From positions 2,528,001 to 2,592,000 of the forward strand of contig CAWGRW010000009.1 of assembly GCA_963825135.1 (NCBI GenBank): a stretch of 64,000 bases of DNA, read 5' to 3'. Source of the stretch: an uncultured bacterium. Lineage in GTDB: Bacteria > Desulfobacterota_D > UBA1144 > Nemesobacterales > UBA2774. Position numbers and translations under genes: made by a program. The notes beneath the pieces were generated by a model. It saw only the letters and a list, made by a program, of their open reading frames with translations, searched no databases and was not told the DNA's origin. Below, piece by piece: positions 37,978 to 50,356 of this stretch. Each line of letters starts with the position of its first letter. The stretch's first letter is position 1.

Positions 37978-38829
37978 ATGATGCCGAATAAGACCGTTTT
38001 CGTGACGGCCCTGATCCTTCTCTGCCTCGCTCTGCTGTTCCCCGCCCGGGACGGTATGTGCGGAGACTCGTCCTTAAACGCGTCCGCCGATACCTCCGCG
38101 GGCGAAGGCGTGACGGACCCGCTCGCGCGGGCCAGAGAGGCGTTCGGCTCCTATAACGCGGACCCGGACAACATAGACAAGGCCATCGCCCTCACCGAGG
38201 AGGATTTGAAGCGGGACCCCTCGAACGTCCCGGCGCTCCTGCTCCTCTCGAGGGAATGGCTTACGTACGGATACGTGAAGGCGCGGACCAGGGAAGACTT
38301 TATAAGGGTATTCGAGAACGGCAAGAACGCCGCCGGAAAGGCCATAGAAATCGACCCCCGAAACGCGGACGCCCATTTCTTCTACGTCGCCAACCTCGCG
38401 TCGCTTGGGGACGCGAAGGGGCTCTTCAATTCCCTCTTCATGCTCCCTGAGGTCAGGAGGGAGCTCGAAACGGTGCTCGATCTCGATCCTAATCACGCGA
38501 ACGGGCTCGCCATGACGGGCGCGCTCTATCTGTACCTCCCGTCCATACTCGGAGGGGACCTCCACATCTCGGAGGTATATCTGAAGAGGTCCGTATCGAT
38601 CGACCCGCACGTATCCTCGGCCGGGCTATATCTGGCGGCCAACCTCAAGAGGCAAAAGAAATACGACGAGGCTCTAGAGGTCCTCTACGGCATACTCGAC
38701 GACAGGAACCCGTCCTTCTATCCCGACTGGGTCGAGAACAGGAAGTACGCTTATATGATGATCAGGGGGATAAGGCGGGAAATGGGCGGGGAGACCGCCA
38801 GAAAGGATGAGGGCAGCACGCTCAATTGA
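37978..38829 (+). CDS. Secreted TPR-like protein
   Basis: Signal peptide; TPR-like KAIEIDPRNADAHF and VLDLDPNHANG. Confidence 0.7.
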   Translation: MMPNKTVFVTALILLCLALLFPARDGMCGDSSLNASADTSAGEGVTDPLARAREAFGSYNADPDNIDKAIALTEEDLKRDPSNVPALLLLSREWLTYGYVKARTREDFIRVFENGKNAAGKAIEIDPRNADAHFFYVANLASLGDAKGLFNSLFMLPEVRRELETVLDLDPNHANGLAMTGALYLYLPSILGGDLHISEVYLKRSVSIDPHVSSAGLYLAANLKRQKKYDEALEVLYGILDDRNPSFYPDWVENRKYAYMMIRGIRREMGGETARKDEGSTLN

Positions 38830-38864
38830 AATTGCGATACACATAAATTGGGTTTGAGGGACGC

Positions 38865-39224
38865 ATGTACATAGAAGAGTTGATAACACTATTCGAAACG
38901 GCGGCAGCGGAGGGCTTCCCCGCGCTTAAATCCGAACGCGTGAGGGAGGCGCTCAGGCGAGGGATCGAGTCGAGGAAATACGACCTCCAGGACGGGGCGC
39001 TGATCGAGGCGATTCTCAAGCAGGACAGCCGGGACCTCGTAGAGTCCTTTACGCAGGCGTTCGAATCTGTGTTAAGCGGTTTTGACGGGGAAGATGCGAG
39101 GAATGAATTTCTCGACGGGGACGGCGCCGGGAAAGAAGCGATACGTATATATATCGCCTCCCTTGAGCATCTGATTAATTACTACCATACGAGCCTTATA
39201 GGCAAGCACTTCTCGAGCACATAG
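38865..39224 (+). CDS. Hypothetical protein
   Basis: 119-aa ORF with host-like codon usage and GAGG upstream; no recognised motif. Confidence 0.65.
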   Translation: MYIEELITLFETAAAEGFPALKSERVREALRRGIESRKYDLQDGALIEAILKQDSRDLVESFTQAFESVLSGFDGEDARNEFLDGDGAGKEAIRIYIASLEHLINYYHTSLIGKHFSST

Positions 39225-39331
39225 CCGGCGGGGGGGGAGCCAAAGCCCATTGCCCTCAATCGCTGCCCGCCTCTTCGCCGCGGCCGGAAGCCGCTGCCGA
39301 GGTACATACCGGCAGTTATGCCTGCGCCTGA

Positions 39332-40636
39332 TTAAGCCTTCTTCTTTTTGCCCCTTTCGGACATCGGAACGTACTTGCGGTCCATCTCTCCCAGGTAAAC
39401 CTGCCTCGGGCGGGCGATCCTTCTCTCCGGGTCCTCAAGGAGCTCTATCCACTGGGCGAGCCATCCGGGGTTACGCCCTATGGCGAAGAGCACCGTGAAC
39501 ATATCGGTGGGTATGCCCATGCTCTGGTATATGAGGCCCGAGTAAAAGTCCACGTTCGGGTAGAGCTTGCGCTTTACGAAGTAGTCGTCCTCGAGCGCTA
39601 TCTTCTCGAGCTCGAGCGCTATGTCGAGGAGCGGGTTCTTCCCCGAGACATCGAAGACGTCGTACGCGATTTTCTTTATTATCTTGGCCCTCGGGTCGTA
39701 AGACTTGTAGACCCTGTGGCCGAAGCCCATGAGCCTGAATTCGCCGGTCTTGGCCTTCTTGATGTATTCGGGGATGTTCTTGACGGAGCCTATCTCCCTG
39801 AGCATCTGGAGCACGCCCTCGTTGGCTCCTCCGTGGAGCGGGCCGTAGAGAGCCGCTATCGCCGCGGCCGTCGCGGAATACGGGTCGGGGAGAGAGCTTC
39901 CGACGTTACGCATCGCGCTCGCGCTGCAGTTCTGCTCGTGGTCCGCGTGGAGTATGAACAGCACGTCTATGGCCTTTTCTATCGCGGGGTTCGGCTTGTA
40001 TTTGAGCTCGGTCATTTTAAATAACATGTTGAGGAAATTCCCGGCGTAGGAGAGGTCGTTATCGGGATACACGTAGGGCATGCCCATCGAATGGCGGTAC
40101 GCGAAGGCCGCCATGGTCGGCATCTTTGCGATCAGCCTGTGCACCTGTATATCGCGTATTTCCTTGTTGAATATGTCTTTCGCCTCCGGGTAGAAGGTCG
40201 AAAGGGCCCCGACGGTTCCCAAAAGCATCCCCATGGGGTGCGCGTCGTAGCGGAACCCGTCCATGAATCTCTTTATATTCTCATGCACAATCGTATGGTG
40301 AATGATGTTGTGCACCCACTGGTCGTACTCGGCCTTCGTGGGCAGCTCGCCGTGCAGCAGAAGGTACGCGACCTCGAGGAAGTTGCTCTTCTCCGCGAGC
40401 TCCTCTATGGGGTATCCCCTGTACTGGAGTATGCCGTTGTCCCCGTCGATGTAGGTTATCTTGCTTATACAGGCGGCCGTGTTCCCGAAAGCGGGGTCAT
40501 AGCTCATCATTCCGAAATCGTCGTCCTTGACCTTTATCTGCTTTAAGTCGTTGGCCCTGATGGTGTCGTTCTCTATGGGTATCTCGTAACTCTTCCCCGT
40601 CCTGTTGTCTGTGATCGATAATGTGTCCTTCGCCAC
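39332..40636 (-). CDS. gltA: Citrate synthase
   Basis: YRGYPIE, LHADHEQN, GPLHGGANE, MGFGHRVYK, YPNVDFYSG. Confidence 0.97.
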   Translation of the reverse strand: MAKDTLSITDNRTGKSYEIPIENDTIRANDLKQIKVKDDDFGMMSYDPAFGNTAACISKITYIDGDNGILQYRGYPIEELAEKSNFLEVAYLLLHGELPTKAEYDQWVHNIIHHTIVHENIKRFMDGFRYDAHPMGMLLGTVGALSTFYPEAKDIFNKEIRDIQVHRLIAKMPTMAAFAYRHSMGMPYVYPDNDLSYAGNFLNMLFKMTELKYKPNPAIEKAIDVLFILHADHEQNCSASAMRNVGSSLPDPYSATAAAIAALYGPLHGGANEGVLQMLREIGSVKNIPEYIKKAKTGEFRLMGFGHRVYKSYDPRAKIIKKIAYDVFDVSGKNPLLDIALELEKIALEDDYFVKRKLYPNVDFYSGLIYQSMGIPTDMFTVLFAIGRNPGWLAQWIELLEDPERRIARPRQVYLGEMDRKYVPMSERGKKKKA

Positions 40637-40869
40637 GGTGATTCCTCCTTCTACTGTATTTCCTGCGAGGTTTTTTGTTTTTTTGTAATAGCCGATTTAA
40701 TTTTTAAGGATTTGTGTCCGAAATACGAGTGTTCGCGGACAACTAAACTTACCCTAACTCCTGAAATTTTCAATATTCATAAAAAATTTCGGCAAATGGA
40801 ATCATCACGCACCGGTCCGGGCGTCCGGGACCCCCGGCGCGGCCTTCGCCCCGCAGGCGGGAGCGCCGC

Positions 40870-41775
40870 CTACGACAGCTTGATCGGGACCGGCGAAATG
40901 CACCCTATAAATATCAAAAGGGCAATGAATCCGAGTATTTTCCTGCTGTAGTCGAGCTCCCCCTCGTCGTGAATCGTAGGGGGGTGCTTGGTCCCCATGA
41001 GCGTAAGCAGCACGGCCCACAAGACCCACCCGGGCCAGCCCTCGAATTGCGGGATGCGGTTAAGGAATTCGGGCAGGACGCCGCCCGCGAGTTTTTGATA
41101 CTGCGTTAAGAGGGATTCGGTCCCTATGCCGAATATTACGAGCAGGGCTATCATGACTATGGACGTTATCCTGTGTGTCTTCTTCGAGAAAAGCGAATAT
41201 ACGATGTGCCCGCCGTCGAGCTGCCCCGACGGGATGAGGTTCAGGGCGGTCACGAAAAGCCCCACCCATCCTGCGAACGCGACCGGGTGGAGAAAGATGT
41301 CTTTCCCTTCGGGAATCTTCCCTATGATTATCCCCGAGAAGAAGGTGAATATGAGGGGCGAGCCCAGCGTGAGCCCCTGCCCTCCCGCCTTGTCCGCTAC
41401 GTCCACTATCGTCGAGAGCTTGAGGCCTATTATCAATACCGGGATGCTGGCTATGATACCCGCGAGCGGCCCCGCGATCCCTATATCGAACAGCGCTTTT
41501 TTGGTCGATATGGGAGACTTGATTTTGATGAACGCGCCGAAGGTCCCTATGGGTGATATGATGGGAGGCGCCGGGATGAAGTACGGGGGGGTGATGTCGA
41601 CCCCGTATTTCCTTCCGTAGAGATAGTGTCCCATCTCGTGAGAGCCGAGTATGAAGAGCAGCGCGCCCGAGAAGGCGAGAGCGCTCAGAATCGTCCCTCC
41701 GGACAATATCCCCGTGGAGAAAGTGGTGATGACCGTGAGCACAAAAAGGATGATGTGTATTTTTCCGACTTTCAT
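40870..41775 (-). CDS. Site-2 protease (peptidase M50)
   Basis: HEMGH, IAGPLAG, LNLIPSGQLDGGH; polytopic membrane protein. Confidence 0.92.
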   Translation of the reverse strand: MKVGKIHIILFVLTVITTFSTGILSGGTILSALAFSGALLFILGSHEMGHYLYGRKYGVDITPPYFIPAPPIISPIGTFGAFIKIKSPISTKKALFDIGIAGPLAGIIASIPVLIIGLKLSTIVDVADKAGGQGLTLGSPLIFTFFSGIIIGKIPEGKDIFLHPVAFAGWVGLFVTALNLIPSGQLDGGHIVYSLFSKKTHRITSIVMIALLVIFGIGTESLLTQYQKLAGGVLPEFLNRIPQFEGWPGWVLWAVLLTLMGTKHPPTIHDEGELDYSRKILGFIALLIFIGCISPVPIKLS

Positions 41776-41836
41776 TCGCAGGGAGAAAAAATACCTCAGT
41801 AATAGGAAATTGAAAGCGGTTATCTCAAGAGCCGGT

Positions 41837-44140
41837 CTATTCGATCTCTATGAGGGCCGGGTCGATGGCCTCGAGTGCTTCGATCAGGTATCTCTCAATA
41901 TCGGACGTCTTCGTGATATCGAGTATGTCCCGTTTCACGGCCCCGAGCTTGTATTTGTCGAGCTTCTTGCAGAGGTACCTGATGTACGGGACGTGCGAGG
42001 GGGAAATGCTCAACTGCCTGTATCCGAGGGCGATAAGCCCGAGCGCCCCCGACGGCGTGCCCGCGAGCTCTCCGCAGACGGAAACTTCCATGCCCGAATG
42101 CCTGGTCTTCTGGTATATATCGTCGAGAACGCGGAGAACGGCCGGGTGGAACCCGGAGTAAAGGTGCCCGACGACGTTCGAGTTCCTGTCCACGGCGAGT
42201 ATGTACTGAATGAGGTCGTTCGTGCCCACGGACATGAAATCGATCATCTCCCTGTAGTCGTCGATCTGATAGAGGATCGCGGGGACCTCCATCATTATTC
42301 CGAGCTCCGGTCTGTCCCGGGCAGGTATGCCCATCTCGCCCGCCGTCTGCTCTACGATCTCTTTGGCGGTCTCCACTTCCCAGAGGTTCGTTATCATCGG
42401 AAGGAGTATCCTGAACCTGTGCCCCTTCTTGAGCGAGATCAATATGGCCCTCAGCTGGTTTTTGAAGAGGTCGAGGTACTCCATCGAAAACCTTATCGCC
42501 CGGAGCCCGAGGAGCGGGTTCTCCTCCTTCGGAAACTCGAAGTAGGGAAGGAGCTTGTCGGCCCCGATGTCGAGGGTCCTTACGGTGACATAGCCCTCGA
42601 ATTCCCCGGCGAGGTCGTCGTATATCTTTACCTGCTCTTTTATGCTCGGCCATTTCGAGTACTGGCTGAAAGCGAATTCCGTGCGGAAAAGTCCGACGTC
42701 GGTAATGCCGTAATGCTTCGCGAGCTGTATGTCTATCGGGAAGCCGATATTGGCCGTTATCTTCACCCCGAGCCCGTTGTGATCGGTATCCTCCTTCCCC
42801 GCCTCCTCTATGACCTCCCTCACCTTCATGAGCTTTATGTATGTGTTCTGGTACTCGGCGATGAGGCTGTCGTCCGGGTTCGAGAATATGAACCCGGTCT
42901 TGCCGTCCACTATGACCTTCTCGCCTGATTTCAGGAGGCTGCAGATGTTGTCTATGCCCACCACGGCGGGGATGCCGAGCGATTTCGCTATGATGACCAC
43001 GTGGGAGGTCTCGCCCCCCCTCTCTATCACGACAGCGGAGACCTTGTTCTTAAAGAGCATCGAAACGAACGAAGGCCCTATGTCGTAGGCGACAAGAACG
43101 GAGCCTTCGCGGGGCTCGGCCACAACGCTCCGCCCTTTCTTGAGCTTGACTAAGTCCTGCAAGATCCTCTCGCCTATATCGCGGAAGTCCTGCGCCTTCT
43201 CCCTCAGGTATTTATCGCTCAGCTCTTCGAACTGCTGCGCGATGGATTCGATGCCCTCTATGACCGCGAGCTCGGCGGGGATCTTCTTTTCCTTTATTTT
43301 CTTTACTATGACGCCCCTCAAGGTGGAGCCCTCGAGTATCATCAGGTGCGCCCTGAATATGTCTATTTCGGCCTTGGATAAGAGCGCCTCCGTATCGAGC
43401 TGCTTGATGAGGTCCCGGAGGTCTTCCTCCACTCCCCTGAGCGCCTTCTTCAGTCGTTCCTTTTCAACCTTGGGGTTGGACGGCGTGAGCTTGTCCGCGC
43501 TCATCTGCCGGAAGAGCCCCCTGAATATGAACACGCTGCCTATCGCGACGCCCGAGGAGACCCCTTTTCCCTGATACGTCCGGGTCTCGTGCTTGATAAT
43601 GGACGGGGTCCTCAGGCGCTCGAGCCTGTCCGCGACCTCCAGGAGCCCCGCGAGCCTTGAGGCGATAATCTGAAAGAGCGTCTCCTCGGCAGGGTTTATG
43701 AGTCTCTTGTCCTTCGTCTGCCCGACCAGGACGCCGATGCACCTGTTCTGGAGGATTATGGGGACGCCTATGTAGCTCTCGTACTCCTCTTCCCCGATCT
43801 CGGGGAAGTACCTGTACCTGGGGTGCTCGGACGCGGGCATCACCGTTATCGCCCGCGAGCTCTCGAACACGAGCCCTGTGAGGCCCTCCTCCGGGCTGAG
43901 CGTGATGGGGTTCCTGAGGGGATCGACGTTCAAGCCCTTCGTCGAGCGGAGTCTGAGGACATTCCTGTCCTTGTCCCAGAGGTATACGGATACGACGTCG
44001 AAGTGAAGCGAGCCCGCGATCTTGCTCACCACCTTTTTCAAGATGGTGTTTAGGCCGGTGGATTTATTCACCAGGTCGCTTATTTCCTGGACTATCTTTA
44101 AATGAAAATCGGCTCTGTCTACTGTTTTCTTGGTAATCAT
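41837..44140 (-). CDS. ptsP: GAF-containing PEP-protein phosphotransferase (EI-Ntr)
   Basis: N-terminal GAF domain, phospho-His motif GETSHV, GLFRTE, RTLDIGADK, SVGTNDL, VCGE. Confidence 0.92.
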   Translation of the reverse strand: MITKKTVDRADFHLKIVQEISDLVNKSTGLNTILKKVVSKIAGSLHFDVVSVYLWDKDRNVLRLRSTKGLNVDPLRNPITLSPEEGLTGLVFESSRAITVMPASEHPRYRYFPEIGEEEYESYIGVPIILQNRCIGVLVGQTKDKRLINPAEETLFQIIASRLAGLLEVADRLERLRTPSIIKHETRTYQGKGVSSGVAIGSVFIFRGLFRQMSADKLTPSNPKVEKERLKKALRGVEEDLRDLIKQLDTEALLSKAEIDIFRAHLMILEGSTLRGVIVKKIKEKKIPAELAVIEGIESIAQQFEELSDKYLREKAQDFRDIGERILQDLVKLKKGRSVVAEPREGSVLVAYDIGPSFVSMLFKNKVSAVVIERGGETSHVVIIAKSLGIPAVVGIDNICSLLKSGEKVIVDGKTGFIFSNPDDSLIAEYQNTYIKLMKVREVIEEAGKEDTDHNGLGVKITANIGFPIDIQLAKHYGITDVGLFRTEFAFSQYSKWPSIKEQVKIYDDLAGEFEGYVTVRTLDIGADKLLPYFEFPKEENPLLGLRAIRFSMEYLDLFKNQLRAILISLKKGHRFRILLPMITNLWEVETAKEIVEQTAGEMGIPARDRPELGIMMEVPAILYQIDDYREMIDFMSVGTNDLIQYILAVDRNSNVVGHLYSGFHPAVLRVLDDIYQKTRHSGMEVSVCGELAGTPSGALGLIALGYRQLSISPSHVPYIRYLCKKLDKYKLGAVKRDILDITKTSDIERYLIEALEAIDPALIEIE

Positions 44141-44468
44141 AAAAGATTCCAGGTCCGGACTCTCTTATTCACAATCTGACCGGTTACCAGTCATCGTCAA
44201 GCCCGTTCCGTATAATTGTTAAACAGGTCTTAATACCGGAAGGCCTGACGTCTGTTTATTCCGATCAGGCGCCGGATTATTCGCGATAAATACACTGGGC
44301 GGGATTTTTTGGTATATTTATCGACTGATTTATAATACTCGTTAATAGCCCGGATTCATAATTCCAGAATAAAAATATAATTCCGATAGCGAACGGGTCA
44401 ATAATAAATCGGAGCCGGGCTGAAAACCCGGATAGGGCTCCCGGTACAACGATAAAAGGAAAACGATA

Positions 44469-45902
44469 ATGGAAACCGGTCAGGACGCGAAGAAAAGGAT
44501 AAGGGCGGCGATAATAGGGTCGGGACCCGCGGGTTTTTATACCGCGGAGCACATGCTGAAGAGAGCGGACGTCGAATTCGAGGTGGACATGTTCGACAGG
44601 CTCCCCACGCCGCACGGACTCGTGAGGTCGGGCGTGGCGCCCGATCACCAGAAGATCAAATCCGTCACGAAGGTGTACGACAAGATAGCCTCCCACCCGA
44701 GGTTCAGGTTCTTCGGTCTGGTCGAGTTCGGAAAGCACATCACGCTGGAGGACCTAAAGAGGCATTACCCCGTGATAGTGTTCACGACAGGGGCGCAGAC
44801 CGACAGGAAGCTCGGGGTACCGGGAGAGGACCTCAAGGGCAGCCACACTGCGACCGAGTTCGTCGCCTGGTATAACGGCCACCCCGACTACAGGCATCTG
44901 CACTTCGACCTCTCGCAGGAGAGGGTGGCGATAATAGGCGTGGGGAACGTGGCGATAGACGTGGCGAGGATACTCTGCCGCACACCGGAGGAGCTCAGTG
45001 AGACGGACATCGCGGATTACGCGCTAGAGGCGTTAGGCGGGAGCAGGGTTACCGACGTGTACCTGCTCGGACGGCGGGGCCCTCTTCAGGCCGCTTTCAC
45101 GAACCCGGAGGTAAGGGAGCTCGGGAAGCTCCCGGGCGCCCACGCGGTAACGCTCCCGCACGAGGTCGCGCCCGACGAGTTTACGATTGAGGCGATCGAA
45201 ACGAACAAAGACCAGACCGCAATCAACAAGCTCGAGCTGCTGAAATCGTTCTCAGACCCCGCCCGGCACACGAAGGACAGGAGACTCCACATCAGGTTCC
45301 TCGTGTCCCCTGTCGAGATACTGGGGGACGAGCGGGGGCGGGTATCAGGGGTCAGGCTCGTCAGGAACGAGCTCTACAGGGCCGAGGACGGCAGCGTGCG
45401 CTCGCGCTCCACGGGGCAATACGAGGAGCTCAGGGCAGGCCTCGTGTTCCGCTCGATAGGGTATCAGGGGGTCCCTCTTCCCGGCGTGCCGTTTCACGAG
45501 GAGTGGGGCGTGATACATAACGAGAAGGGCCGCGTGACGGACCCCGGCACGGGCGATCCGGTAGCCGGCCTATACGCGGCCGGGTGGATCAAGCGGGGAC
45601 CTACGGGCGTTATAGGGACAAACAAGCAGGATTCGGGTGAGACGGTCGAGTGCATAATCGAGGACGTTGGCAGCGGGTGCGTGAATGATCCGGCCTTACC
45701 CGATAGAGAAAGCGCGGAAAAAATGATATCTGAAGCGCAGCCCGACTTTGTCACGTATCAGGACTGGCTCAGACTCGACGAGCTCGAGGTGGAAAGGGGG
45801 AAGGCCCACGGGAGGCCCCGGATCAAATATACGAGCGTCGAGGAGATGCTGGAGGCCTTACATAGACGCAACAAGGGTTCTCTTATACCGGATAAAACCT
45901 GA
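44469..45902 (+). CDS. Ferredoxin-NADP+ reductase (FprA/adrenodoxin reductase-like)
   Basis: GSGPAG, GLVRSGVAPDH, FVAWYNGHP, GVGNVAIDVAR, GWIKRGPTGVIGTN. Confidence 0.92.
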   Translation: METGQDAKKRIRAAIIGSGPAGFYTAEHMLKRADVEFEVDMFDRLPTPHGLVRSGVAPDHQKIKSVTKVYDKIASHPRFRFFGLVEFGKHITLEDLKRHYPVIVFTTGAQTDRKLGVPGEDLKGSHTATEFVAWYNGHPDYRHLHFDLSQERVAIIGVGNVAIDVARILCRTPEELSETDIADYALEALGGSRVTDVYLLGRRGPLQAAFTNPEVRELGKLPGAHAVTLPHEVAPDEFTIEAIETNKDQTAINKLELLKSFSDPARHTKDRRLHIRFLVSPVEILGDERGRVSGVRLVRNELYRAEDGSVRSRSTGQYEELRAGLVFRSIGYQGVPLPGVPFHEEWGVIHNEKGRVTDPGTGDPVAGLYAAGWIKRGPTGVIGTNKQDSGETVECIIEDVGSGCVNDPALPDRESAEKMISEAQPDFVTYQDWLRLDELEVERGKAHGRPRIKYTSVEEMLEALHRRNKGSLIPDKT

Positions 45903-45938
45903 CACCGGAATTACAATTTACTTTATATATGATTTATA

Positions 45939-47948
45939 TCAGACTGTGCTTAATGATAATATCTTCCTCAGCGGATCGACTTTCCTGACCCGGAGCTTAA
46001 TCCTGGCCCCCTCTTCGGGAACCCTGTCCGAGCCCAGGCTTACCGGGGTTTCGAACAGGTAATCGGGCAGGTACACGCTTACCCTCGTGTCAGTGGAAGA
46101 GCTTACGACCCCTTCTACCTCCCCGCCTTCGAGCGACCTCAGGTGTTTATAGAGCCAGTACCTCTCCCTCTGCCTTTCTATCGTTCTTTTGTCGCGTATG
46201 CCTACCTCTATGCGCGGGTACAGGTTCTCGAGCTCTTCCTCCGAGTACACGGCCTCGCCGTAAACGAGCTCGGACACGATCTGCCTCTGCATTATGATAT
46301 CGGGATATCTCCTTATGGGGGATGTTACCTGGGTATAAACGTCGATGCCGAGGGACATATGCGGCTCCGGGCTTAGTCCCACCCTCGGCGCTCTCAGGAA
46401 CTTCACCACGCGTACGGGATATAGCGGATCGCTCTCGTCGAGCGACCTCACGTCGTCAGGGACCGGTTCCGACTGGGACCTGTAGATAGCGGGAACCTTG
46501 TTTTCCCTGAGGAACCTCCCGGCCATCCTGTTCATGAGTATCATCATCTCCGCCACGACGACGTGGGCCACGGAGTTCATGAAGTTCTTTTCTATGCTGA
46601 TGCGCCCTCCGCCGTTTATCCTGATTTTTAGCTGTGGGAGCTGGACTATGAGCGCCCCGGCCTCGAGCCTTTTAATCCTGAGCGCCCCGGCTATCTTTTT
46701 CAGTCTCTCCCCGACGGGGTCATTGAGAAAGAACTCGCTTCCTTCAGAGTAGCTGATGTTTTTCCTGACCTTTATTACCGCGTTCGTGAACCTCTGGCTT
46801 ATAATATTGTTGCTTTCGTCGAAAACCATGAGCAGGGACAATGAGAGCCTCTCCGTGCCCTCCACCAGGCTCAGCCTTTCCTTGATGAGCCTGAGCGGGA
46901 ACATGTGTATGCGCTTTTCAGGCAGGTAGATCGTCTCCCCCCTCCTTCCGGCCTCCGCGTCCGCCTCGCTCCATTTGGGTATGAGCGCGGCCACGTTCGA
47001 GATATGTACCCCGACCTCGGTCCCGGCGGGGACCTCCCTGACCGATATGGCGTCGTCGATGTCCTCGGTGCTTACGTCGTCGATCGAGAAGACGTCGAGA
47101 CCCGTCAAATCCTCGAAGCCGTCTGCGGGGAGGATATCGTCTATCACCCTGTCGGTCTCGATCTCGACCCCCTCCGGGAAATCGTCCCTGATCGAGAACC
47201 TCTTCAGCATCGGGTCTTCGTCCTCTCCCCACGCGCCCGCTTTAATGAGGAATTCCGTCGCGCCCTCGACGTCCCTTATCCCTATCTCGGAAAGAAACGA
47301 TTTCGCCTCCGAGGCGCGGCCGAATTTGTCGAGATAGGTTACGTACCCCTTCAGGAGGTCTACGTAACCGGACACTCCCGCAAGCCCGCCCTCTGCCGGC
47401 GTATTCCCCAGCAGCACTCCTTTGGCCCAGTAGAGGGCGTTCTCTCTCTCCTCCTTTTTTTTCTCCTCGGTTTCCTTCTTCTTTATTATTTCGGCGGCGT
47501 CCTCGGGGCTCCTGGGCGAATACCCCTCCTCGCCTCTCGTGAAATAAATGTCGTCCTTATCCACGGCCCAGAAAAGAGAGAGTTTTTCCCTGTCCGAAAC
47601 ACCCTTTTCTCCGAAGTAGAGGCCCGAAAGCTCCGCGAACGGTATCTCCTCACCGCCTCCCTCGTAGCACCCCCATACGGTCACGAGGTCTATGCCCTCC
47701 CTCGCCTCGTCGAGGTCCCTCCTCAGATCCCTGAGCTTCAATTTCTTCTCCGATGCGGTGAATTCGCCTTCGATCCTGAGGCCGCTTAGAAATGCGATCT
47801 TCTCCGGGTCGACGTCCACCTCCCTGCCCTCTTCCGAAAAAAGGGTGTACTTGTCCCCGAGTGCGCGGACGAATATTCCGAGCGAGGGCTCTCTCCGTTT
47901 TCTGAACAGGACTACTTCATTGTGCGAGGGGAATCTGGAGCGGGTCAT
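45939..47948 (-). CDS. RNB-domain exoribonuclease (RNase II/R family)
   Basis: SIDDVSTEDIDDAIS, VAEMMIL.N, TSPIRRYPD, C-terminal S1-like domain. Confidence 0.9.
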   Translation of the reverse strand: MTRSRFPSHNEVVLFRKRREPSLGIFVRALGDKYTLFSEEGREVDVDPEKIAFLSGLRIEGEFTASEKKLKLRDLRRDLDEAREGIDLVTVWGCYEGGGEEIPFAELSGLYFGEKGVSDREKLSLFWAVDKDDIYFTRGEEGYSPRSPEDAAEIIKKKETEEKKKEERENALYWAKGVLLGNTPAEGGLAGVSGYVDLLKGYVTYLDKFGRASEAKSFLSEIGIRDVEGATEFLIKAGAWGEDEDPMLKRFSIRDDFPEGVEIETDRVIDDILPADGFEDLTGLDVFSIDDVSTEDIDDAISVREVPAGTEVGVHISNVAALIPKWSEADAEAGRRGETIYLPEKRIHMFPLRLIKERLSLVEGTERLSLSLLMVFDESNNIISQRFTNAVIKVRKNISYSEGSEFFLNDPVGERLKKIAGALRIKRLEAGALIVQLPQLKIRINGGGRISIEKNFMNSVAHVVVAEMMILMNRMAGRFLRENKVPAIYRSQSEPVPDDVRSLDESDPLYPVRVVKFLRAPRVGLSPEPHMSLGIDVYTQVTSPIRRYPDIIMQRQIVSELVYGEAVYSEEELENLYPRIEVGIRDKRTIERQRERYWLYKHLRSLEGGEVEGVVSSSTDTRVSVYLPDYLFETPVSLGSDRVPEEGARIKLRVRKVDPLRKILSLSTV

Positions 47949-48053
47949 GGGGGTAGTATTCTAATTAAGGGAGTGGGTTTTACAAAAAATCGGAGAAAAT
48001 TCAGTGCTGGCAGCTCGTTCGAGAAGCCGGGGCAGCAGGGACGGGAATCAAAT

Positions 48054-48419
48054 TCAGTGGTTTTCCCTGTATTTCCCGAGCTCCCTCAAGAGCCAGTCGG
48101 AGGTCTTTTCGGGCTCTTTGCCGGGGCAGATGACGAGATAGTACTTGCCGCTCATCATACTCTTGGTGGCGGCGTACTCGATGAAGGTCTCGGTCGAAGT
48201 GATCTTGCCGCTGAAGTACTCGTATTTCTCCTTGATATGCCCGTACGCCTTCTCGCCGTCGTAGAGCTTGCCGTTCCTTTCGAACCGGCATGGGGAGCCC
48301 TTCACGAGCCCGAGCAGGTATTCTACCTCGGGCTTCTCGGCTGGGGGGACGTCGGCGCTCGCGGGATTCAGATACGGCACTGATACCGAGAATATTATTG
48401 TCAGCAGCAGGAGAATCAT
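48054..48419 (-). CDS. Secreted DUF5329-like protein
   Basis: Signal peptide, CRFERNG...H...KY...FIEYAATKSMMSGKYY..C...WL. Start uncertain (48419 or 48491). Confidence 0.75.
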   Translation of the reverse strand: MILLLLTIIFSVSVPYLNPASADVPPAEKPEVEYLLGLVKGSPCRFERNGKLYDGEKAYGHIKEKYEYFSGKITSTETFIEYAATKSMMSGKYYLVICPGKEPEKTSDWLLRELGKYRENH

Positions 48420-48573
48420 GGATTTAAGGAGCTGCCTCCGAAGCCCGCACTCGGGAAAAAGCTTTTTAACGGCTTCATCATGCCGGTTCATTGAGATAAA
48501 TTATACACGAAATGAGGCATGAGTCGTTGGGTCGAACAGAAGGAGTTACGCCGGCTAATAATGTGATTCGAAT

Positions 48574-50187
<1,614 letters not shown>

Positions 50188-50356
50188 TTAATGCTGACCT
50201 CAGAGAGAACGATTTCGATAAATTTAAGGCGGGACCGTCTAGGTCTTTATTAATATATTCAAAAGCGGGAAATCTTGCAAGACCCGGACATACAAATATT
50301 TTTGAGTCTTTTGGAACGACAAGATTGCGTGTAGGTTAAACGGGAAGGGGTCGTGC

